A DNA stretch of 64,000 nucleotides from positions 28,041,790-28,105,789 of the forward strand of contig CM119263.1 in the NCBI GenBank assembly GCA_051294375.1, given 5' to 3'. The notes under the pieces were generated by a model. That model was not told where the DNA came from and made no database searches. It worked only from the letters and a program-made list of their open reading frames with translations. Of the stretch, positions 1 through 11,300 are shown one piece after another (within the stretch, counting starts at the first letter, position 1; each line of letters opens with the position of its first letter). This stretch comes from Paraspadella gotoi. Lineage: Eukaryota > Animalia > Chaetognatha. A program made the position numbers and the translations under genes.

Positions 1-127
1 GGTGAGGTGAGCTGGGATCGACTTTGGTCAAGACTGCCTTTTTTATGAGTTGGTGATTGGCCGCGGGGGAAGGGTGAAACGAGAGACGAGTTTTCGAGGC
101 GAGAATTCGGTGTCAGTTAGACTTTAC

Positions 128-252
128 CCATCGTTTTTTCTGTTTTAGAGGGCCTGCTTGGGAGAAAAGAAATTGATACTTGGGCTGAAGCGCTCTCTGG
201 AGAAGGATTGGCTGACTGGCTGTGGCTCTAGAAAGAGTTCAGGTTATAAATA
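128..252 (-). promoter_or_regulatory. Candidate core promoter and first exon (ATG G|GTAAAG) of a minus-strand gene running off the window
   Basis: Minus strand reads: (CT)n, TATTTATAA (252-244), an Inr-like CCAGTC about 30 nt downstream, a pyrimidine-rich leader, aaaaacgATGG (ATG 131-129), then donor gtaaagt at 127. Motif arrangement only. Confidence 0.35.
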
Positions 253-428
253 TGGGAGGACAAGAGAGAGAGAGAGAGAGCGAGAGAGATGAGAGGGAAG
301 CTCGAGAGAAAGGTTTTTTTTTTACAAACTTTATGCATAAAATTTAAAATTTTACGCTACAAACGCCTAGAGTTGTTGCTCGTTAAAAAGGAAACAGAAA
401 CTAGTTGTAACAATACAGTGTATGTCTT

Positions 429-3400
429 ATGCCACACGTCATCAATCACCGAAATAGATCCCCGACAGGGACGAAATTGTCACGACGCGCCGTCGCGGTG
501 ATACGTGAGAAGGGATACATCCGCCGCTGTTGGCGCAAGAGTGAAGGGCACGAAGGTTAACTTGCTTCCGATCTAAATAGGAATGGGGGCCTTGTCAAGG
601 TTCATTTGCACATACCATAAAACAAATAATTTATTTGCTTCAAGAATGATATTCACGTACGGTTATGAACAGAAATGGTAAGGAGAGAGACAGAACTGAT
701 TTTTTACTCTCAAAAAACAATCGTATATAAGTTTTATTTGGAAATAGAACGTTAAAATTAATACCAAAGATAAATGACCCCCGGTAGTTTGGAATTTATT
801 CGGTCTTTCATACCAGAAGAAAAAATTGAACTTAGTAGACTAGAAATAAAAATTTTTATTCGGTGATGAAAAAAAATAGCACAAGTACCTTCGAAGACTT
901 TCTGTCTTTCTCTAGGTTGCCCAAAGTTATGTATTTTTAAAATTAACATTATTATTTCTACGAAGTTTCAATTTTCATTCTGGGTTATGCAAAGACCCGA
1001 TAAATGCTCACACTATGTCATCTTGATCTAATCTGCCAAATCATGACTCTGAAAATCTATTCAAATGACGTAGTGTTGGTATATATTTAGTTTAACGAAC
1101 CGGATACTTGTCGAATCGAGTTTTTCCGCTACGTAAGTGACAGTTTTCGATCTCTTTGCCGTCATTTTTTAGTTTCAATTTCCGGATGACCTAATAGAAC
1201 AAAAAAGAATAATAACAGTTTGGTTTAGTTAAGTATGTTTTAATTTTAAGAGATGCGACGACACTTAAATCAGTTGACAGTTTTCTCCCGCGCCCTTGCT
1301 TTCACGTTCGATGCGGACAGAATCCACCGGACCTGATTAGCAGCGCCACTTCTCGCCCTACCTTCAATGTGCAGGTACCTTTCCTGGACCACACTCCAGC
1401 CCTTACTTCCTCGCTTAATCCTTCCTGTCCTGACTCACTCGCGCCCCGGCTTTCTCGCCTCACTTTTAATTTACAGTTCCCTACCTGCATTCACTCGAGC
1501 CCCGCTTTCGCCTTACCTTTCAGTAGCGACACAGCAATCCTGCCTTACCTTCTATGCCGACAATATCCTGCCGACCTCGTCCGACGTCTGCATCGTCAGC
1601 GCCAAAATCACAATCGACAAAGGAGTTTTCTTCTTTTCTGTTGCTGATAGACGGAGGTTGGGACTCTTGGCGGCGACTTCCTCAGGGGAGAGCGCCTTGC
1701 GAGGGCGTTGGTTCCAATGTATTTTATGAAATATTATGAAACAGGGCAGGTGCTCTGTAGTTAATAAACTGGAAAGTTGAAAGATCTTGATTGAAAGCTA
1801 GCGGGGTTAAAAACGAAAAAAAAAAAAAAAAAAGAAAAACGGTATGATTATAGTTGTTATCTTTTAAGAGCGATTAGAGAGACCTTCTCTCCATAGGCAT
1901 GTCCAAGTCAGGGGGCAAGATCGCTTATTTATTAAAATTAAGATGAATAATTTCTAAAATTTAATAAAGAAAAACTGCTGCGTCAACGAACAAGTCAGAC
2001 GATTCTCATGTTAGTCGAACAAATGAAAATTCCTTGCAGAATCCGCACCAAGGATTGTTTGTTTGGACGTCGTTGAAGACGTATTCCCCGGTATGAATTC
2101 TTCATCTCTACGATGTTCTCGGAGGTCGCTGCAGGTTGGGCGTTCGAACCGATTTCACATAATTGCCTAAATTATTAAAAATGTAAATTAATATAATTTT
2201 CTAAATTTTTTGTATTTAGCGCTGAAGATTTTTGACCTTTCCATCCCTGTTCTTTCTTTACAATCTTGAACTGCGCGGGAATTTCGCTCAACGTATCGCT
2301 TTTAACAGTATCTCAATCATTAACATTATTTATATCACTTAACCATTTCTAATTTCATACTCCTATTTTTTGGATTTATTCTCCTTTCCTTTCGTTACGA
2401 TGACCACAGTGAGAATAGAGACAATTGCGCTCGATTAATTATCTCTTGCCTGAACGGACGATAATAATGATAGATAGTTTTATTCTGATTTGATTTTTAG
2501 TTATTTTTTAATTTTTTGCTGTTTATATTTTTCTGTCTTACCATTTATAATCATTTTAACAACATCGCTATATACGCCTTCAGACAGACAATAAAAAAAC
2601 TCTTTTTTGTTTCTTACCAAGTCAGCTCGCCTTTTGCTCGTTGCCGGACAGATGGCGAGCTTTCCTCGCTGTCGAAGGGATTGGCCCTCTGCCGTAGCGA
2701 CGTCGACGCGACGAACGCACCATACTTCTTCGCGCCAGGGAATTATCGATCAGGGTTTAGAAGACTGACTCGGAATATTCGACCTAGAAACAAAGGCAAC
2801 GGGAAGTTGTACGAATTGCAACTTATACTTTTGTTTGACTATCAGTCTAAATTTACTTTTTTTGGTGTTTCGTGAAGGCAGTTTTAATATTTTTATTTAG
2901 TCTTTTGTTTTATAGGTGTCAGTACCAGTAAAAAAATATAAAAAGAATTCCGGAATAAACAAACATATGAAAAAAAATAAAATAAAACAAATAAACCGAT
3001 TTCATAATTAATATTATTTTGATTGAAGAATAAATAAATGAATACTTGTCACCGTTTCCACCACCATTGACGTGCAATCTGTCCAATTCTTTCGGCGAGC
3101 GTTTCAACGCGGGATTCGATTGGGGAATGAAAAACCGGACATGCGCGAAGATGTCGTCGAAAGCACAATCCTCGGCGAAGAACTCCCCTTTGGGAGTCGT
3201 GACTGTTTGAAAACAAAAGATCAGTCCGAGAACAAACAGGTATGAGAATGTATCGAAAAAAATACAGATTCTATCATGAGTGTTGATCATTGAATTAATG
3301 TACTAAAAAGCGAGAGCACATCACACATTTTTTTTTTTTAAGTCATATAACTTTACAAAGGTAAAGAAAGGATTTTAACGAATTTCCAGTCTAAATATTA

Positions 3401-3544
3401 CCATTTATAAGACCATTTTGTCTTGATTTTAAAAGTAAATGTTAGATTTTTTGAGTAATGTGTAATTAAGACCTCGGCCAAAGTGGAGACGACGTTCCTC
3501 TCTTCGATCCGTCCCGCGTCATGAGTTCACGATTCCAGCGTCTT
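429..3544 (+). CDS. Unidentified multi-exon gene with short introns; exact exon boundaries uncertain
   Basis: GC-richer blocks separated by short AT-rich spacers with splice signals: donors at 678 (gtaagg), 1133 (gtaagt), 1375, 1750, 2134, 3240 (gtatga) and 3545 (gtgagt); acceptors such as ttttaag, tttacag, ccttgcag. Open stretches include ILVTVSTTIDVQSVQFFRRAFQRGIRLGNEKPDMREDVVESTILGEELPFGSRDCLKTKDQSENKQ (3042-3239). No family recognised; indels prevent a clean model. Confidence 0.5.
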
Positions 3545-5149
3545 GTGAGTTTTTCATGTGTAGGAGGAAACGCGATATTTTCTCTTCGAGAATTTTTAAA
3601 ACCTTAATTGAATTAGGACTTTTTAGATATTAGTTAGTTCCGGGTAAACTTTTAATATATGTTTTACTTTTATTTTTCTTGTATATTCTATTAATTCTTA
3701 TTATTTCATAATTACATTATTATTGTATTATTATTATTATTATTCATTATTATTATTATTTATTATTATTATTATTATTATTATTTAATTCTTAATAGTT
3801 TTTATTCTTAGTTATTTTAGTATAACTTTTAAATACTTAGAGCAATTCTTTCGACCAATATGCAAAGATCGACAACAAACAGCCGGCGTGTAAACCTATT
3901 TGTTATTTTTCAAAAAGTTATATAATAAGGATGTCATATACCATGATATAAATAATTTACCAAATTGATATCAAGGTTTTTTAAAAAAATCAAAAAACCT
4001 CGTGGATGTGTTTCTTCCTTTCCTCCATTTTGAATGGAAAAGCAAAGTTATTGGAAATACTTTGATATTTGTTTATGTGTCTGAGAATTATTTTATTTTA
4101 ATTTTTTTTTTTTTTTGTCAACGGGACTACAATTGTCGTTCTGCTGTCGGAGGTTTTTATAAGAAAAGAAAACCAGTTAGTTAAACTTGGCAATATTTTA
4201 AGGGAGACGTAAAGAACCTTTGATTTAAAATTAAATTTTGTCGAAATGCCTTTTATGTTATCAAAAAGAAATGAATTCTATCTTATCAACGTTATTCAAA
4301 TGGTTGTTTAAAGGATCATCACCACGCAAGGAGATAATTTGAATTAATTGATTTGTTTTAGGTAATTCGTAGTAGGATTACAAGTGTTTTTTAAATTGTA
4401 ATCACTACTACAAGATTTTACTTTAATAAAATTATCAAAACTTTCTTATTTTTGTCTATTTACTTTTTTTTTTTAAGTTTTGAAGGGTTATTTCTTCTAT
4501 ATTCCACCAAAATAAGAACAACTTTTAAATTTACTGCTTTTGGATATTCTTTGGCGCAATTGTTTCTTTTTCCGTTTATGGACATTCTTTTGCTTAAAAT
4601 ATTAATTTTTGCAAACTTTCCTTATTAAATTTTTTCACTCTTGAGGATTAGACCTATTCTCCCAAACGTTGAGTTAGGGAAACAATTGATGTCGATGCAG
4701 CCTTTCGCCACCTTTTGGAAATTTTTTAAAAGAAATTTCCAACAAAATGCAGGAAATCTCTTCCGAAGCTTCCCCGGAGCCCCAGAAAAAAAAAAATATC
4801 CTATGCATCAAAGTGTTAGACACGCCGATTGCGGGCTTCTGTCGTTTGACTGGCGCGGCGTTGTTTCGCGTCGCGGCGTTGTTTTTGATGTTGGCGGCGT
4901 CGGCGCCCGAGAGAAAACGCCGGCGGCAGACCGGAATCTCGATACGTTCGTGTTGCGGGGTATCATCATTAGGAGAGGAACTACCAGGGTGATAAAACTT
5001 GCTTTATTTGAGTAATATTGAGTTTTATTACGCGTGAGATTTATGATGCATGAAAGTTTTTTTGTTACGAGCAATGAGGCCGTGAGGAATGATTATGGAA
5101 GCTATTCTCTAATAATCTTTATTAACTATCCTATTATAAAATAAAAAAA

Positions 5150-5448
5150 ATGAATTCAAAAATACAATCACGCAGATCTAATGCCTTTTCCTTCCTGCCG
5201 CAAATCTTTCCTTTTCGTTTTCCCGCTTTTCCCTTTTTTTCCGTCGAAGCCGCGCCAGCGCCAGCGGAGGTCACTTGCACTGTTCTCTCCGGAGGCGGGA
5301 GAAAGCGCAGCGGGCAGAGAATGGAGAGAGGCAAAGTCACGGCGTGAGCAGGAGCTCTCTTTTAAGAGACTCGATATCGCCCTTTTGCGTCTTATGATTG
5401 TCTCCGCGTTTCCGAATTCTTTTTTGCTATTTTTCTTTTATTCACTTT

Positions 5449-5485
<37 letters not shown>

Positions 5486-7060
5486 ACCCCCCCCCCCCCC
5501 CCCCTTTTTTCATTTTTTTTCCCATTTTTTTTTTTTTTTTCCCCCCCCTTTTTTTTCCCCCCCACCCCCCCCCCCCCCCCCCCCCCCCTTTTTTCCTCCT
5601 CTCTCCATTTCCTTTTTCTCCTTTTTTTTTTCCTTCCTCTGCGAAATGCCTTCAAGTCGTCGGAAGGACATTGCTCCTTCGGGCTTCGACTTTGCGCAGG
5701 ACTTTATCCTCCTCCTCTTTCCTTTCTTTTTCTCCTCCTCCTCTCTCTTCTTCCTAGCTCCTTCCTCGTTCCCTCCTTCCTTCCCGCGTTCGCTTTCTTT
5801 CGCGAAAGATTCTACCAAGCGATACGCGTTTTCGTGTTCTGTCTTCTGTCTCTGTCTCTCTCTCTCTCTCTTTCTCTCTCTCTCGCCTCTCTGTCTCTCT
5901 CTCTCTCTCTATCTCTTTTTTTTTCTTTCTCTTCCCTGCATTTTTTTATTTCATATCTCTTCTTTTTTCTCTGACTCGGACTTTCTCTCTCTCGCTCTTC
6001 GCTCTCTCGTCTCTCGTTCTTCTTCTCTCTCTCTCCCTATGTTTTCGCGGATGGATCGCTGTGGGAATGCGACAGAGGGCGCAATAGAAGTCTCGCTCTT
6101 CTTTTGCTTCGGGATCGTTAGCCGAAAAATAAAGCGAAAGGAAAAAAATAGAGCAAAAAATAAAGCAAAATAGCAATCGAGAAAAATACGCTTTGCTTTC
6201 CTTAACCTGTTTTCGTCGAAAAAAGCAACAGAAACGAAACAGAAAAACAAAGGGGAGCGTCGGGTTCAGATGCCCTTGTGAGGCGAAGATTCTGCGCGCG
6301 GTTGCTTTCCGTCGAGCCATTCCACGGCCACGCCTTCGGCGCCATGAGCCTTCACGCCCGGCGCCAAGACTCACGTGGCGCGAACTGGCTTCGTCTCCTC
6401 GTGTCCTATCCTATTCTGGATTTGTACTTCTCTTTTCTAGGGTTTGTCATCTTTTTTTTGTGTTTGTACTCTACTTTTCTAGGGTTTGTCATCTCCCCTA
6501 TTTTCTTTGGTTTTTCGCTCTTTTCTAGGGTTTGCGTCTCTTTTTTTAGGTTTGCACTCTCTTTTGTAGGGTCTGTCCCTCTCCTATTCTGGTGTAGTCT
6601 ATTTTTCGGAATTTAACGCTATTCTTTTTCCAGTTTGTTCTCTCTTTATTTAGGGTTTGTACCTTTCCTCTTTCTGCGTTCATATTCTATTAATAAGTGC
6701 TTAACTTCTTACTGTTCTAGTTTGTTCTCTATTTTTTTAAGTTTACTCTCTATTAGATTTTGTTCCATTCCTTTCTGCCATTAAACTCTCTTTGTCCCGG
6801 TGATGCTATTTTTATTTTCTTCGTTTTGTTACCCTCTCAAAACTAGTTTTTCTTTTCTACTTGCCGCTGATTGTTTTGTTTTTTGTTTTTGTTTTTTTTT
6901 GAAAATTGTTTGCTACTTCTTTGAAATAAAGATTTTAGTTTAGCAGCTGTTAATCTGTTCTCTCATTATCATTTAGGTTTCATAGTCGAATTTCTTCTCT
7001 TCGTACTTGATCCGCTGCGTTTGCGCCCTGCAATGACGTCACTGGCCGGGGAACACGTTT
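5150..7060 (-). CDS. Putative basic/charged low-complexity protein with heptapeptide repeats and a CxxC..H (matrin/U1-like) zinc-finger candidate; frameshifted in both copies
   Basis: Minus strand is strongly purine-rich (K/R/E coding). It contains EERDFYCALCRIP..IH.RKHRERERR (about 6110-6020) and a 21-bp repeat read as (K)ESTNPR (6410-6600). The same elements recur at ~13690-15440. The reading frame cannot be fixed. Confidence 0.4.
6408..6600. repeat. Degenerate 21-bp minisatellite (cttttctagggtttgt[ac/ca]tct), about 8-9 units
   Basis: Units read directly, e.g. cttttctagggtttgtcatct twice, cttttctagggtttgcgtct, cttttgtagggtctgtccct. Second copy at about 14820-15000. Confidence 0.8.
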
Positions 7061-7496
7061 TTTTTTCCTCTCCGTTCCATCTCTTCTTTCTGTTCCTCTC
7101 TCCCTTCATGGTCTCTCTCCTCTCTCTCTCTCTCTTCTCTCTTCTCTCTCTCTCTCTCTCTCTCTTACTTTCTCTTTTCGCTGTTATCTCAGTTTTATTT
7201 CGCTCTCTTTCTCTCTCTCTCTCTCTTCTCTTCTCTCTCTCTCTTCTCTCTCTCTCTCATCTCTTTCTCTCTCTCCATTTTTGCTTTGAATGTTCCGACC
7301 AAGAATGGGATGATTTAACCCCGCCAGGGAGGTAGGGGAAACGGTCACGCACAGACGAGCACAAAGAGAGACAGAGACAAGAATAAAAGGGAGAATTTCA
7401 GTCGGGATTCGATTCAGTCCGATTCAAGGTCACATGACTTTTTTTCGTCCATCTCCTCATGTCCCGCGCTAAAGGGTTTTTTTCTGGGAAGGGAGA

Positions 7497-7535
<39 letters not shown>

Positions 7536-8339
7536 CCTCTCTTAATCTCAGACAGAGCTCGAGATTTGCTTATTATCTCAATATCATGCACNNNNNNNNN
7601 NCGGCAGCTTTGCTTTTTTTTCAGGCTTCGCGTGCTTACCTTGCACTAGCAATGGCTTGTCTAGTTTTACAAGCTTGATCGAGAGCGCGCCTTTACAGTT
7701 GAATGACTCTTTGCGCTTCACAAATTGGGTCCATATGACACAAATTTAAAATAAAATTTGGATTAGTAATGATTAAGTTTTAAAAACCTTAAAATCTAAA
7801 ATAAGTTTTAATAAATCACATTTATTCATAAAATTATAAATGTTCTTTGTTTTTACTATTTGTTTGTCATCTTTTTAGAAACGTGTTGTAATCGTACAAT
7901 AGTTAAGAATCCAAAGCACGTTCTTTTCCCAAACGTTGTCAAAACTCAACAGCCTCAGTAAACATTTCCCAAAATTTGTTTTGAAATTTTTTTTTAAAGC
8001 GGCGGCTGACAAAGTTGCTAACGGAAAAGAGGCGAAGATGATTAAACAAAAGGCAATGTTTTCCGAAAGCACCCCATTTTAGCCTTAATTCAGAATTAAA
8101 GTGAGTCTTTTGGTTAGTGATTAAAGTTTAGGATTAGGAGATAAAGTTATGGATCAAGGTTAGGGATTAGGTTCGGGATAGGACTTAGGCATTTAGAAAA
8201 AAATTAGCTTTAGATATTAAAGTTAAAATTAAGTTCAGTATTTAGGAACCGAAATTGAGCGCTTTCGGATAATAGTTACCAAATAAAATTGGGAACAGGA
8301 AGGAGAAANNNNNNNNNNNNNNNNNNNNNNNNNTTTATT

Positions 8340-11300
8340 CGTCTATAAATGCCAACAGTAATCAATCACCGAAATCAGAATCCCGACAGGGAACGAAACT
8401 TTTCAAACGACGCGCCCTGTCGCGAGTGAATCCCGTAGAGGGATTTACATCGCGCTGTGGAAGAGTGGGAAGGGCACGAAGGTTCAACTTGCTTCGATCT
8501 TAAAAATTAGAATGGGGGCCTTGTTCGGTTCTTGCACATAAAAATAAAAACAAAATAATTTATTTGTTCAAGAAATGAAATAGATTCAACGATACGTATG
8601 ACAAGAAATGGTAAGGAAGAAGACAGAACTTGATTTATCTCAAAAACAATCGATATAATTAAGTTTTATTTGAATAGAAGTTAAAAAATTAATAACAGAA
8701 GATAAAAAATGACTTAGTTGGGGAAATTTATTCGGGTCTTTTTCATACCAGAAGAAAATTGAAACTTAGTATGAAATTAAAAATTTATTCGTGATAAATT
8801 AGCACACAGTACTTCGAAAGATTCTGTCTTTCTCTAAGGGTGAAACAGGTTTGTATTTTTTAAAATTAAAACTATGATTTCTACGAGTTTCAATTTTTCT
8901 TCTGGTATATGCAAAGGACCGAATAATGCTCAACTTGTCTTTGAATCTAATCCTGCCAAATCATGATCTGAAAATCTATTCAATGACGTAGTGTTGGTCA
9001 TATATTTAAGTTTACGACCGGATTACTTGTCGAAGTCGAGTTTTCCGCTCAACGAAGTAAGTTCAGATCTCATTGAGTCATTTTTTTTAAGTTTCAATTC
9101 CGGACATGAACGCTAATAGAACAAAAAGAATAATAACAGTCTTGGTTTAGTTAATTAGTTTTAATTTAAGGAGAATTTCGACGACACTAAATCAGTGACC
9201 AGTTCTCCCGCCCGTGCTTCACATTCGATGCGGACAGAATCCCGACCTGATTGCAGCGCCACTTCTCCGCCCTACCTTTCAAATGTGAACAGTATCCTTT
9301 CCTGGCCAACAACTCCAGCCCTACTTCCCGCCTTTCCTTCCTGCCTGACCTCAACTGAGCCCCGCTTCTCGCCTCACCTTTAATTTAACAGTATCCTGCC
9401 TGACATCACTCGAGCCCCGCTTTCGCCTTACCTCAGTGCGACAGCATCCCTGCCTTACCTTCTATGCGACAATATCCCTGCCCGACTCGTCCGACGTCTG
9501 CATCGTCGCGCCAAAAATCCACCAATCGACCAAAAGTGAGTTTTCTTTCCTTTTCTGTGACTGATGACGCGAGTAAGAGGACTTTGGCAGTGCGACTTCC
9601 TCAGGGAGCAGCAGCCTTGCGAGGGGTGGTTCCAAATGTATTTTAAAATGAAATATATTGAAAACAGGCAGGTGCTCCTGTAGTAATAAACTGGGAAGTG
9701 AAAGAATTCTTGATGAAAGCTCGGAGTGGGGTACTGATACTGTCTGTTATCTCTTCTTCAAGAGCTGACCTAGAGAGACCTGTTAACTCAACCAATAGCC
9801 TGTCCCAAGGTCAGCGCGGCAAGATCGCTCTCATTCTATAAACATACAATGAACTAAATTTTAAATCTTTAAGACAAAAAACTGCCTGAGTTCAACGGGC
9901 AAACAACTGTCACACGATTCCAATCCATTAGCGTAAAATCGCACACAAATGAATCATTTTCCTTGCAGAATCCGCACCAAGGATTGTTTGCTTGGACGTC
10001 GTGCGAAACACGTAATTTCGATAGACTTCCTTCATCCTACTATGTTCCTCAGGAGGTCGACTGCAGGTGGGCACGCTCGACCGACCCATTCCCATTAATT
10101 CGCCTAAATTAATTTAACAAATGGTAAATTAACTATAATTCTACAATTTTGTATTTAGACGCTGAAAGCACTTGCACCTTTCCATCCTGTTTCTTTCCTT
10201 TACCAATTTGACTTGCGCGGGACATCTCGCCTCACATCCCGCTATCGCTTCTAACACACAGTATTTATCAATAACATCCCGAACCAATTCAATATCTCAT
10301 ATCACCCTTAACCAATTCTTAAATTTCATACCTCCTACTTTTTTGGCATTTCATTCTCCCCTCTTCTTTCCGCTCACGAATCGACCACAGTGAGAATACC
10401 TAGAAAGCTTGCGCCTCGATAATTCTCTTGCCTGAAACCGGACGTTAAATGTCGTTTTTTTGTTTGTTTTTGTTTTTTTTAATTGCTGTCTATATTTCTT
10501 TTCTGCTTCTCCTAACATATTTATAAACATTCTAAAACATCTCGCGGCCTCACTTCCCCCGGCCTCCGACCGACCCTCCATCTTTTTTGTTTTCTACCAA
10601 CGTCAGCTCGCCCTCTTGCCATCGTTGCGACCCCAGCATGGACCGAAGCTGCCCTCGCCTGTTGAAGGGCTGACTTATCCCGCCGTAGGACCGTCGACCG
10701 GAGAAAACCGACCACTCTTCGGGATTATGATTCAGGCGTTATCGAAGACCTGACTGACTATCGATAGAAACAAAGGAAACCGAAGTTGTAAAACGTCGGT
10801 CACCCCCATCCACACCTCCCTCTACCTACTCCCCTCCTCACCCTCCTACTCGTTCTCCGCTACTCCTTTCCTCTCCCCCAGCCCAACCCCCTTCCACTCC
10901 CTCTACCCCTCCCTCCCACCGCCCCCCCCTCACTCCATCCCCGCTTCTTCCCTCCACCTCCTCCCACCTAATTGCAACTTTAAACTTTTGTCTTTGACTA
11001 TCGCCCCTCTAAGATTACTTTTGTTTTTCGTCGAAGCCTCTCTTACATATTTTCCTATTTAGTCTTTTGTATCTTTAGTGTCAGTAAAGTTCAAAAAAAA
11101 ATATAAAAAGATTCGAGCATCACCTTAAAACACAACTCTCCATGAAAAATAAATAAAACCAATCACGACATTATAATTAATTATTATTTTGATGAAAGAA
11201 TAAATAACATGAATAATTGTCACCCGTCCCTTCCACTCACCCATGACGTCGCAACTGCCCAATCTTTCGGCGAGCCGGCTTCACCGCGGGTTCGATTGGG

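Noticed and set aside
5181-6173. 330-aa poly-Pro/Phe ORF
   Set aside because: It derives from a poly-C/poly-T block absent in the duplicate copy and from the pyrimidine-rich antisense strand; likely an artefact.
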